From positions 1 through 33,526 of the IMG/VR virus record IMGVR_UViG_3300032162_000179: a stretch of DNA of 33,526 nucleotides; one strand, given 5' to 3'. The DNA is from a virus (Duplodnaviria; Caudoviricetes). Under the pieces are notes generated by a model. The model was not told the origin of the DNA. It did not search any database and saw only the letters and a list, made by a program, of their open reading frames with translations. Position numbers and translations under genes: made by a program. Every line of letters begins with the position of its first letter. The stretch's first letter is position 1. Positions 16,230-25,000 of the stretch are shown in pieces.

Positions 16230-17441
16230 ATGTCACACGGATTAAAAGGAAAAGTCAGGGAAATGGTGACGCGTATGGATGCGCGTCGCCAGCAGGGAGA
16301 GAACATCAGTCTGCGCGGATTGATGGCGGAAACGTATAAAGACGCGAGCGGCGCGGCCTTGCAGCCGGAACACTTGTTCGCGGAACTCGGCATCAACCCG
16401 CAACGCACGCAGTTACAGGAACTCTTCCGCGAAGAGGACACTCGCTATCTGGCGGCGGAAATTATTCGCAACGGCGTGCGGCGCGGAATGGGACTGGCGC
16501 AGCGCGAGCAGCTTCAGGCGCTTCGTGATCGCGCAATGGCAGCCAGCCTAGCACCGACAACAGGCGAACAAGCGGGCGGGCAGCGTTTTATCTCCCCGGA
16601 AGTTTTCACCGATCCGGTCATGCGCGGCGCGGTGCAAAGCACGTTTTATCCCGATCTGGTCGTGCGTGAAGAAACCGTCGCGCAGCCGCAAGTCGTGATT
16701 CCGCGCATCAATTTGGCGGATGCCGTGCTGAAGGATTCCGGCGAGGCGGCGACCATCGAAGAAGGCTCGATTAGTTACGACACGAAAACCGTAACGATCA
16801 AGAAAAAAGCGCGCGAAATTAAAATGACATACGAAGCGATCCAATTTTCTTCGCTCTCGCTTGTGCAGTTGTTCATGGAAGATGTCGGGCGCATTTTGGG
16901 TCACACCTTAAACGGAATGGCAATCGAAGCCATTATTCTCGGCGACCAAAGCGATTTGTCCGAAGCGGCGGCGGTCGTCGGCGTCGAGGATACAACGAAG
17001 GGCATACAGTGGTTCGACATCGCGCGGGCGGCGATTCAGTTCGGATTGCTCGGACGCAACGGAATGCAGGCCATCGGCAACGCGACGAGCGCGCTCAATT
17101 ATTTGAATTTGCCGGAAGTCAAGAACAAGCAGTTTCCAGGAGCGCCGCTCTTGGCGACGATGCTGAAATCTATGATGACAATGCCGGAGGAGCTTTACGT
17201 TTCAACGAAAGTCCCCGCTTCGCAAATTGTCCTTCAAGACCCGTCCATATCGCTCGTCCAATTAACGGCAATTCCTCTCATGGTCGAAACCGAACGCATC
17301 ATCTCTAAGCAGATCCTCGGCTCGGCTGTGTCGATCTACACCGGCTTCGCGAAATTGCAGCGCAATGCGTCGGTCGTGCTGGACGGCTCGATCTCGTTCG
17401 CCGCAAATGGCTTCCCTGTGTTTATGAGTCCGCTCGCCTAA
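16230..17441 (+). CDS. Major capsid protein
   Basis: 403 aa, strong SD; GEAATIEEGSISYDTKTVTIKKKAREIKMTYEAI is an HK97-fold-type segment. Confidence 0.88.
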   Translation: MSHGLKGKVREMVTRMDARRQQGENISLRGLMAETYKDASGAALQPEHLFAELGINPQRTQLQELFREEDTRYLAAEIIRNGVRRGMGLAQREQLQALRDRAMAASLAPTTGEQAGGQRFISPEVFTDPVMRGAVQSTFYPDLVVREETVAQPQVVIPRINLADAVLKDSGEAATIEEGSISYDTKTVTIKKKAREIKMTYEAIQFSSLSLVQLFMEDVGRILGHTLNGMAIEAIILGDQSDLSEAAAVVGVEDTTKGIQWFDIARAAIQFGLLGRNGMQAIGNATSALNYLNLPEVKNKQFPGAPLLATMLKSMMTMPEELYVSTKVPASQIVLQDPSISLVQLTAIPLMVETERIISKQILGSAVSIYTGFAKLQRNASVVLDGSISFAANGFPVFMSPLA

Positions 17442-17465
17442 TAAGCAGGCGGTGAAGTTCCAATC

Positions 17466-17488
17466 GGGAGAAGCGCATAGCTTCTCCC
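17466..17488 (+). terminator. Hairpin GGGAGAAGC-N5-GCTTCTCCC after the capsid gene (weak terminator or stabiliser)
   Basis: Perfect 9-bp stem, no clear U-tract. Confidence 0.5.
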
Positions 17489-17525
17489 ATTCAATAAACG
17501 ATTTATCAAATTGAGGAAAGAAACC

Positions 17526-17753
17526 ATGAAGAATATACAAGCGCAGCCGGGCGACACGGTTGAATTGAAAGACAAGGACGGTGGGTTTTACGACGATGAA
17601 ACGAATTTCAAAATCGTGCGTAAGCAAAAAGCCACTCTCGGCAACACCATCGGCAGTCGAACCACTCAAGCCCTGTTGAGCGGCGGATTGCTGATCGTTG
17701 AGTCACCCGCAATCGAAACTCTGCCTAACATGCAAGACAAAGAGAAAAAATAA
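17526..17753 (+). CDS. Small hypothetical virion-region protein
   Basis: GAGG SD before ATG 17526; follows the capsid gene. Confidence 0.7.
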   Translation: MKNIQAQPGDTVELKDKDGGFYDDETNFKIVRKQKATLGNTIGSRTTQALLSGGLLIVESPAIETLPNMQDKEKK

Positions 17754-17768
17754 CGCAGGAGTGTCGCC

Positions 17769-18212
17769 GTGCCGCAGATTTTGACTGTCGAAGGATTTCG
17801 AGCAATGTTCGGTGAAATCGACACGCCGACGACGGACGCGCAGATTAAGCGTCCGCTCGGTGTGGCGGCACGGCGTATTCGTTCATGGGTCGGCGATTTG
17901 GTTTTTAACGCAGCGGTCGAAGCCGCCGAGGACGATGAAGCAAAACTCGATTTGCAGGCAGCGGTCGGCTACATGGCAATGCACTTTTTGATTGCCAATT
18001 TCAACACAGTCGTCCGCGCGGGCGGCATCGTCTTAAGCGAAAAGGTGGAAGGCAATACGGTTCTTTCCTACTTGCCGCCGAGCCAAACGGTCGTGCGTGC
18101 GCAGGAGTTTTTTGACCTTGCGGACGAAATGTGCCGCCCGCACAAATTGCCGGAAGCGATGGGAACAATCGAGACGATTTTTGATGAGCGTGGATTTAAC
18201 AGCCTTAGATGA
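17769..18212 (+). CDS. Head-tail adaptor (putative)
   Basis: AGGAG SD, GTG start; TVEGFRAMF...EKVEGNTVLSY pattern and position. Confidence 0.6.
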   Translation: MPQILTVEGFRAMFGEIDTPTTDAQIKRPLGVAARRIRSWVGDLVFNAAVEAAEDDEAKLDLQAAVGYMAMHFLIANFNTVVRAGGIVLSEKVEGNTVLSYLPPSQTVVRAQEFFDLADEMCRPHKLPEAMGTIETIFDERGFNSLR

Positions 18213-18726
18213 ACTCGCGCGCGAGATTGAGGAGTTCAAACGGATCACGCTCGGCCAGCTTGTCGAGCGCGGTGCCGAGATAGTCCGCGAAGAAGTTCCG
18301 AAGGTTACTCACCGTTTGGAGTCGGGCGTATCGAGCGATGTTGATTACGACAAGCTGACCGGCACCATCATTGTCTCGGCGGAATCTGATCGGCGCGGCG
18401 CGCGAACAGCGACGCTGCATTTGAAAGACGGAAAGACACGAGCAGTCAAACTTCGCCCGACAAAGGCTTACAACTATGCGGAAGTCGTAGCACGCGGAAA
18501 CAAGTCAGCGACTCTGTATCCGAGCAAAGCAAAGGCATTTTTGATTCCCGTGTCATCCGCGCCGAGCGATGGCGGCGAATACATTACGGACGGCGACCAG
18601 ATTTATATCGTGCGGCGCAATCGTAGCGGTCAAAAGCCTAATCCTTATGACGAACGTGCAATGAAGCGATTAGGAGACGAAGCAGTGGGCATCACGACGG
18701 CCATCGCGCAGGAGTTTTTCCAATGA
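18184..18726 (+). CDS. Neck/tail completion protein (HK97 gp10-like)
   Basis: EEVPKVTHRLESGV, YNYAEVV and GQKPNPYDERAM resemble gp10-family motifs; start uncertain. Confidence 0.65.
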   Translation: MSVDLTALDELAREIEEFKRITLGQLVERGAEIVREEVPKVTHRLESGVSSDVDYDKLTGTIIVSAESDRRGARTATLHLKDGKTRAVKLRPTKAYNYAEVVARGNKSATLYPSKAKAFLIPVSSAPSDGGEYITDGDQIYIVRRNRSGQKPNPYDERAMKRLGDEAVGITTAIAQEFFQ

Positions 18727-19196
18727 CGGACGACCCGGTTGAAGATTTAACATTCGATTTTTTAGAAGAGAAATTTGCCGCCGCGCCGGACGATTCTATT
18801 CTAAAGAATCTGGAATTGCACGACACGCTGTTCAAACCAATCGAGAAGGATGCAGGCGTTCGCATCTCGGATGCAGAAAGCGATTTCTCAATCAATGCGC
18901 AAGATGAGATGCAGGAATACGACGCGCTTCTGACGCTCGTCTGTTTCGCTCGAATCGAAGGCGCAGACAAAACCGAACGGCGCGCGGCGCGGCGGCGCGC
19001 TTTTCAAATTTCAAAGGCCGTCGCGCAGTTATTTTTCAACGACGAGCGAATGAACGGGCGCGTCTGCCACTCACGCATTCTCCCAGCAGTGCGCGGCTTT
19101 GATTCAATCAACAGCAAACCGTATGCGGTCGTCAATATGCCGATAGTTTTCAACGAATCGGGACAAGTTAATTTTGACAAAAGGAGAAACTACTGA
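18723..19196 (+). CDS. Tail terminator (putative)
   Basis: 157 aa, acidic, ATGA overlap, upstream of the tube gene. Confidence 0.55.
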   Translation: MTDDPVEDLTFDFLEEKFAAAPDDSILKNLELHDTLFKPIEKDAGVRISDAESDFSINAQDEMQEYDALLTLVCFARIEGADKTERRAARRRAFQISKAVAQLFFNDERMNGRVCHSRILPAVRGFDSINSKPYAVVNMPIVFNESGQVNFDKRRNY

Positions 19197-19411
19197 TGGC
19201 GAAAGAAATTGTTTTGAAGGCCAAGTCGGGCGCGCCGGAATTTATTGCACAGGGCGTTTACGACGTAACGCTCGAAGACGGCTATTACCGCACGAGTAGC
19301 CGCGCGTTCGCCGATTCGATTATCGGAAACGGCTATGCAACTGAAGTTGAAGAAGAGAAAGAGAAAGAAGCATCGGGCGAAAGCCAATCCGAGCAAGGAG
19401 AAAATAAATAA
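19196..19411 (+). CDS. Small acidic hypothetical protein
   Basis: AGGAG SD; TGATG and TAATG coupling with its neighbours. Confidence 0.7.
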   Translation: MAKEIVLKAKSGAPEFIAQGVYDVTLEDGYYRTSSRAFADSIIGNGYATEVEEEKEKEASGESQSEQGENK

Positions 19412-20478
19412 TGGATACGGCGACAAACAGAGGTTACGCGTGGGCGCTGCAAACCGACTTCGCCACGCAGAAAGTGATCGCGGCGGCAGCGCTCAAGCAA
19501 CTGCTGGCGAGCGACAATAATTTCATTGATTACAAACCTGCTGTCCAAGACAACGAAGGTTGGGCCAACGGCGTTAATTCCGCTACCGATCAATGGATTC
19601 AAGCGCACGATGCCAGCGTCGGGCATACGATCCCCGGCCACTCGCAGGAAATAGGCAAAATCTTTTTGCTCAATCTCGGCGATTACACTCTTTCGACTCC
19701 AACCGGCGCAACAAACGCCCGGCTGCACGTTTTCAAACCGACTGATCCGAATGTGACGCGGCAAGATAGAGCCGTCACTTACGCTGAGAAACTCGGCGCG
19801 GGCTGGAATGTGTTGATGCCGCGCGCGGTCTCGGACGGTTTCGCTCTGAATGCTGACGGTCTGGGCGTGCTGATGCTCGATTTTAATCTGCTCGGCGCAG
19901 GGTTGATTATTCCAGCCAGCGGAGTTACGTGGGCGGGATCGACGCCGACCGTCACTAAATTGACGGCTCTCCATAAACTCTTCAACACGCAGATCGCGCT
20001 CGTCGTCACAGATGCCGGAACGCCAACCACATACGGCTGCCGTTACAGAAGTTTCAAAGCCAACTTCAAAAAGACCATGCTGTCTGAAGCAGGCTATAAG
20101 CCCGGCTGCGCAGATTTCTTCACTGCAAATGATCCGACGAGCGGCGTGATTCGTTCAGCGCACGAGTTCGACAAACAGATGCTGGACTTCGAGTTCGTTG
20201 TTGACATGGGAACAAGCTCGCCGGAATTTGCCGCTGTGCAGCAGCAACGACCGTTCGACCTGTTGTTGACCGCGATGGGCGGCATCATCGAAGGCGCAAT
20301 TCGCCATCGTCTTGATTTGAAAATCCCGATAGCGAAATACAGCGCTGCCAAACCAACTATCACGAACAACATCGCCACGTTCACCATCAGCGGCAAAGCT
20401 CTCTTCGATTTCGCAACGAACAAATTGTTTTCGCTCGAACTGACGAACGACGTAGCAAACTACGCGAGCGCATTTTAG
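19411..20478 (+). CDS. Major tail tube protein
   Basis: 355 aa, beta-rich, C-terminal SLELTNDVANY; precedes chaperones and tape measure. Confidence 0.75.
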   Translation: MDTATNRGYAWALQTDFATQKVIAAAALKQLLASDNNFIDYKPAVQDNEGWANGVNSATDQWIQAHDASVGHTIPGHSQEIGKIFLLNLGDYTLSTPTGATNARLHVFKPTDPNVTRQDRAVTYAEKLGAGWNVLMPRAVSDGFALNADGLGVLMLDFNLLGAGLIIPASGVTWAGSTPTVTKLTALHKLFNTQIALVVTDAGTPTTYGCRYRSFKANFKKTMLSEAGYKPGCADFFTANDPTSGVIRSAHEFDKQMLDFEFVVDMGTSSPEFAAVQQQRPFDLLLTAMGGIIEGAIRHRLDLKIPIAKYSAAKPTITNNIATFTISGKALFDFATNKLFSLELTNDVANYASAF

Positions 20479-20549
20479 TCACATTCGATTTTTAGCCCGC
20501 AGGCGGACGGCTCGTATCCGCCAATAATCTTTACAGGAGAAAATTCAAT

Positions 20550-21380
20550 ATGTCAGACACAGCCCCAACCGAAATGCCGAGCGAATCCAAACTGCTTTTC
20601 GATGCCGACGCCGAGCAGCGCGTCGAATTAACTTTGCGGCGTACTGATAACGGCGGCAAAGTCAAAAAGAACCGCGTCGCTCACATCTTTCGTCCGATGA
20701 CGGATGAAGAATTTTTTCAATACGAACAGAAAAAGAGCATCGTCCAGAAGATCAGCGGGACGAACATTGTGAACGTGCGGACGCAGGATAAGAATTTGCA
20801 GGCCGCAGAATGGCTGTGGAACGAAGTTGCAGTGGGACGCACTGGTTACGTCGAGCGCTCCGATTGGCGTGAAAAAACCGATCTGCTCGATAAACATACC
20901 GCAATCAAGGACGGTCTGTTGGCGGTTTTCCCGGCAACAGATTCCAACACGGATATTTTCGATGATTCCACGCTCGACGCCGAAATGCTCGTCGAAGATG
21001 ACGACGAGTTTTCTGACGAATTGGTGGACGAAGACGCGCAGACAATCGTGCGTCTCGACTGTCTGTTCAATTCTCAAGCGATTACTACAACGCATTATTT
21101 TGCGGCTCCTTCAGCCAAAGATGTAACGGATTACGAAAACTTTATGAAGAAGGCCAGCAATATGATGGACGGGCGCAAAGGGTGGCGGCAGAAGAAAGCG
21201 AATCAGACTTCGCAGATTTCAATTCCGTCGAAGGCGCGCGAACTGTGCGGTTTGTATGATCGCTTGATTATCAAGCCGGAAGGTTATGTGGGACGAGTTC
21301 CGGCGCATCACAAGCGCGAAGCTGTGCTGGAAATCTTCACGCGCGAGGCGGATGTGAACGAGGGAAACGAGGGAAACTAA
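20550..21380 (+). CDS. Tail assembly chaperone (G-like)
   Basis: Acidic protein between tube and tape measure, ending at G-GGA-AAC slippery heptamers. Confidence 0.75.
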   Translation: MSDTAPTEMPSESKLLFDADAEQRVELTLRRTDNGGKVKKNRVAHIFRPMTDEEFFQYEQKKSIVQKISGTNIVNVRTQDKNLQAAEWLWNEVAVGRTGYVERSDWREKTDLLDKHTAIKDGLLAVFPATDSNTDIFDDSTLDAEMLVEDDDEFSDELVDEDAQTIVRLDCLFNSQAITTTHYFAAPSAKDVTDYENFMKKASNMMDGRKGWRQKKANQTSQISIPSKARELCGLYDRLIIKPEGYVGRVPAHHKREAVLEIFTREADVNEGNEGN

Positions 21381-21793
21381 CACAGCTTGCGCCGTTCGTT
21401 TTGGCAAGAGTCAAAAAGCTCTATGAGGCGAACGGCGGCGCAAGCACAAATTCAATTTGTCCGGGTGAAGAAGCTTGCGAAGACTTTGCGGCGGCAGCGG
21501 GCGTAACGCGCGAAGAAAAATGCGAGAACGTCTGCGCGGGTTGTCATCTTCTCGCAACCAAAATTCAGAACATAGAATCGGTCATCGGAGAAGATGAAGC
21601 GGAAATCTATATCGCAGAAGTCGAGCAAGTGCGTCGGACGCGAGATTCCGGCGCGGGGCTTGATTTAACGACGATCAGCTTTTTGACGTGGCGGCTGCTT
21701 TTGATTTACGACGATGCGGTTGAAGCCTATGAGCGTGATTTGCGGTTATATGCCAAAGCATTGTTCGAGGCGTTGGCGGCGAGAGGAACTTGA
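21371..21793 (+). CDS. Tail assembly chaperone -1 frameshift extension (T-like)
   Basis: -1 frame is open from the slippery sites to TGA 21793; no SD of its own; Cys-rich (C-x5-C ... C-x3-C-x2-C). Confidence 0.75.
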   Translation, partial: GKLTQLAPFVLARVKKLYEANGGASTNSICPGEEACEDFAAAAGVTREEKCENVCAGCHLLATKIQNIESVIGEDEAEIYIAEVEQVRRTRDSGAGLDLTTISFLTWRLLLIYDDAVEAYERDLRLYAKALFEALAARGT

Positions 21794-21798
21794 TCGAG

Positions 21799-22023
21799 TC
21801 AGACGTTAGAAAATTGGCTTTTAGATTTTCTCTTCCACTCTTCTGGATGTAAAAGCCTGTTTCCAACTAGATAAAGCAGAACGCATACGCCCAAGCCGCC
21901 CATCAGTGAAACAATAAAAGCGATTGGTGTGGCATTCCAAAACACATTGATGAGAAAAACCGAGGCGAAAAGAAAAATCAGGCCGACGATTAATAAGGCA
22001 ACAATGTTTTTGAGAAAGTTCAT
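21799..22023 (-). CDS. Small two-TM membrane protein (moron)
   Basis: MNFLKNIVALLIVGLIFLFASVFLINVFW..IAFIVSLMGGLGVCVLLYLV; AT-rich, antisense. Confidence 0.75.
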   Translation of the reverse strand: MNFLKNIVALLIVGLIFLFASVFLINVFWNATPIAFIVSLMGGLGVCVLLYLVGNRLLHPEEWKRKSKSQFSNV

Positions 22024-22042
22024 AGGCGCAGAATAACACAAA

Positions 22043-25000
22043 ATGGCAAGCCCGAGAATCACAATCGAAGTATCAATAAAGGATACGGGCGACGCAGCTT
22101 TCGCTCGAATGAAGGCGCGTTTTGAAGAACTCGCCGACGTTTCGGATAAAGCCGTCTCGGAAATCGGAAAATCGTTGAACGAGAAACTGTCGAGCGGGTT
22201 CGCGGCGGGTGGCGAACGCGAATATCTCGAAACTATTCGTAGGCTTCAGCCGGAGCTAAAGCAGCTTCACCAGAACATTAAAGATGGTGCGCTTGATTTA
22301 ACTGATTATCATCGACGGATGCAGATGCTCGATCCGGCGACTCGCTCCGCCATCGCCGCTGCCAATCAACTCGGCTCCGCGTTTAGAAAGACAGGCGATG
22401 AAGCGGAACATGGCACAAACGGACTCGGAAATCTGCTTATCAAATTAGATTTGCTCGGACGAGCCACCAACTTCATTCAACAGAAATTCGGTGAAGCAAC
22501 GCAGGAGTTTCTCCAGTTCGGACGCAACATCGCCAACATCGGATCGATTGCCGATGATGGGTTCGATTTGTCGAAAGTAAAAGAAGATTTGATGGCGCTG
22601 CCGCCTGAGTTCGGACACGCTTCGGACGAAGCCAGAGGTTTTTATCAAGCCTTGAGTTCCGGCGTTGCAGCCGCCGACGCGCTGCAATTTACAAAAGATT
22701 CCGCGATTGCCGCGAAAGCTGGCCTAACAGACTTGTTTACGACGGTTGACGCTTCGACAACGGTTCTCAATTCTTATGGCATCGCCGCAAGCAACGTTAC
22801 AAATGTCTATGATTTGATGTTTGAAACGGTAAAGCGGGGCAAAATTGAATTTCCGCAACTCGCGAGTTATATCGGCAACGTGAGCAATATATCGGCGCAG
22901 GCTGGAATTTCGATTCAAGAAATGTTCGCCGTCATTGCCACCGCCACCGCAACCACGAAGCCTGCCATTGCGGTTGACGCCTTTCGCTCGGCGATCACGG
23001 GCATTCTCAAACCATCTGAAGAAGCGACGAAGCTGGCCGAGCAACTCGGCCTTCAATTCGATGTCGCTGCTGTGCGCGCGAAAGGCTTCTCCGGTTTTCT
23101 CGCCGACGTGATGGAAAAGACGCATGGCAATATCGAATCGTTGGCAACATTGTTCGGCAATGTCGAAGGTCTCAATTCTATCCTGTCGATCACTGGCGCA
23201 CAGTCGAATAATTTCACGCAAAGCATAGAGGCGATGAAGCAGGCTTTTGGTAGCGCCGATCCCACACTCAATGCCTTTAACAAGCAACAGGAATCTCTCG
23301 GCGCGCAGATGGACGCGAGTGGCGTGCTGATCGAAAAAGGTTTCTTGAAAGTGTTCGGTCTGATTGAGCCGACTTTGATTGCAGTTCTCTTGGTCATCAA
23401 TAAATATCCCGTGCCGTTCGGAGTAGCAGCGGCGGCTGTCGGCGCGTTGACCGTCGCGCATCTGCTTTTGAACACTCAATTAGTTGCTACTGCCGTGACT
23501 TCGATTCCCGCTTTGATTCGCGGTTTGATGCAGACGATTGCCACGATGATTTCTTTAGAAGCGACGATGGCGGCAGGCGCAACTGGCATAGTGGCTTTTA
23601 CTGCCGGATGGGGATTGCTGGCAATCGCAGTGCTCGGCGGTCTATACGCTCTCTCCCAATACAGCCAAGCGCAAGCGAAAACCGCCGAAGAACATCAGAA
23701 AGGGATTGACGCTATTAAAGGTCAAGCGGACGCCCTCAATCAACAAAGGCAATCGCTTTCGTCTTTGCAGGGCGATGTCTCGCATTTGACGCTCGAACAA
23801 GGAAAACTCGCCGAGATTTACAACACTCTCGATTCAACATCGAAGGCGCACGTCAATAATTTAATTCACGAAAAGGGCGCAGTCGGCGCGCTTGCCGATG
23901 AACTCGAACGACTCAATAAAGCCAACCTTTCCGAAGTGCAAACACGGCTGACCTTGCTCGCTAATCATGCATTCGACGCTTTCAATAAATTCAAGCAAGC
24001 GAAAGAAGAAGCTGATAAAGCGGAAGCGGCAATTACTCAAGCGAGAACTCCGGGTTTGTCCGATAAGGTCATCTACCATCACACCGGAGAAGGTGCGATT
24101 GTCAGCGAAGTCGTAACCGCGACGCAGCAGTTTGAGCAGTTGCAGCAACAGCAGGAGAAAACATCGGCAGCATCGCGCACAGCCGAAGCAAGTTTCAACA
24201 CCTATAAGAACACGCTACAAACGGGCATCGGCGTGTTCAATCAACTGAATGGCAATTCGCAAACTACGATTGACCAGTTTATCAAGCAGCAAGAGCTAAC
24301 AAAAGAACTTGCACCAACCAGCGATGCGTTTCGTAAGAGTCTGTTCGGCGTCGGCGACGCGCAAAACACTCTCGCCAACGGCATGAACAAAACCAACGGC
24401 GTTATTGATGAACAGACTAACAAAATCAAAGCCTTGCGCGATCAGTTAAAAGAGTTGATTTCCGCTACACGCGCAAAGATTGACGAGAAGATTGCCGACA
24501 TTGTCTTGCATACAACAGACAAAGCGGCCGCTGCCGCTCGCGCTAAAGATGCGATGCAGCACGACGATCAGTTGAAAGACTTGCTGAAAGAGAATACTCG
24601 CCTAAAGGATAGTCAGGAATCAGTTGAAAAAACATTCGGTCTGGTAACCGAACATGTAAAAAAAGCGCGCACTTCTGATCTCGCCGATGCGAAGAAATAC
24701 GTGCGCGGGATGAAAGCCGAACTAGGCGACCTGCAAAACGTGCTCGATGCGATGCGCAAAGGCACGATGGGACAGGAATCGGGCGGCAGACAAGCGGTTG
24801 TCAATGGGCGAACCGGCGCGAGCGGATTATTTCAAGTGATGCCCGCCAACGTCGGGAACTGGACTAAAGAATACGTCGGCAAGGTTTTGTCAGTAACTCA
24901 ATTCAAAAAAGATGTTGATGCTCAAGTCACGGTTTTCAACGGCGAGATGGGCAAGTATCTGCAAACGGCGATGAAGAGATCGGGTGGCGATGTGAAGAAA

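Noticed and set aside
20502-20522. Intrinsic terminator after the tail tube gene
   Set aside because: Only a 6-bp stem (GGCGGA/TCCGCC) with no U-tract; too weak to call.
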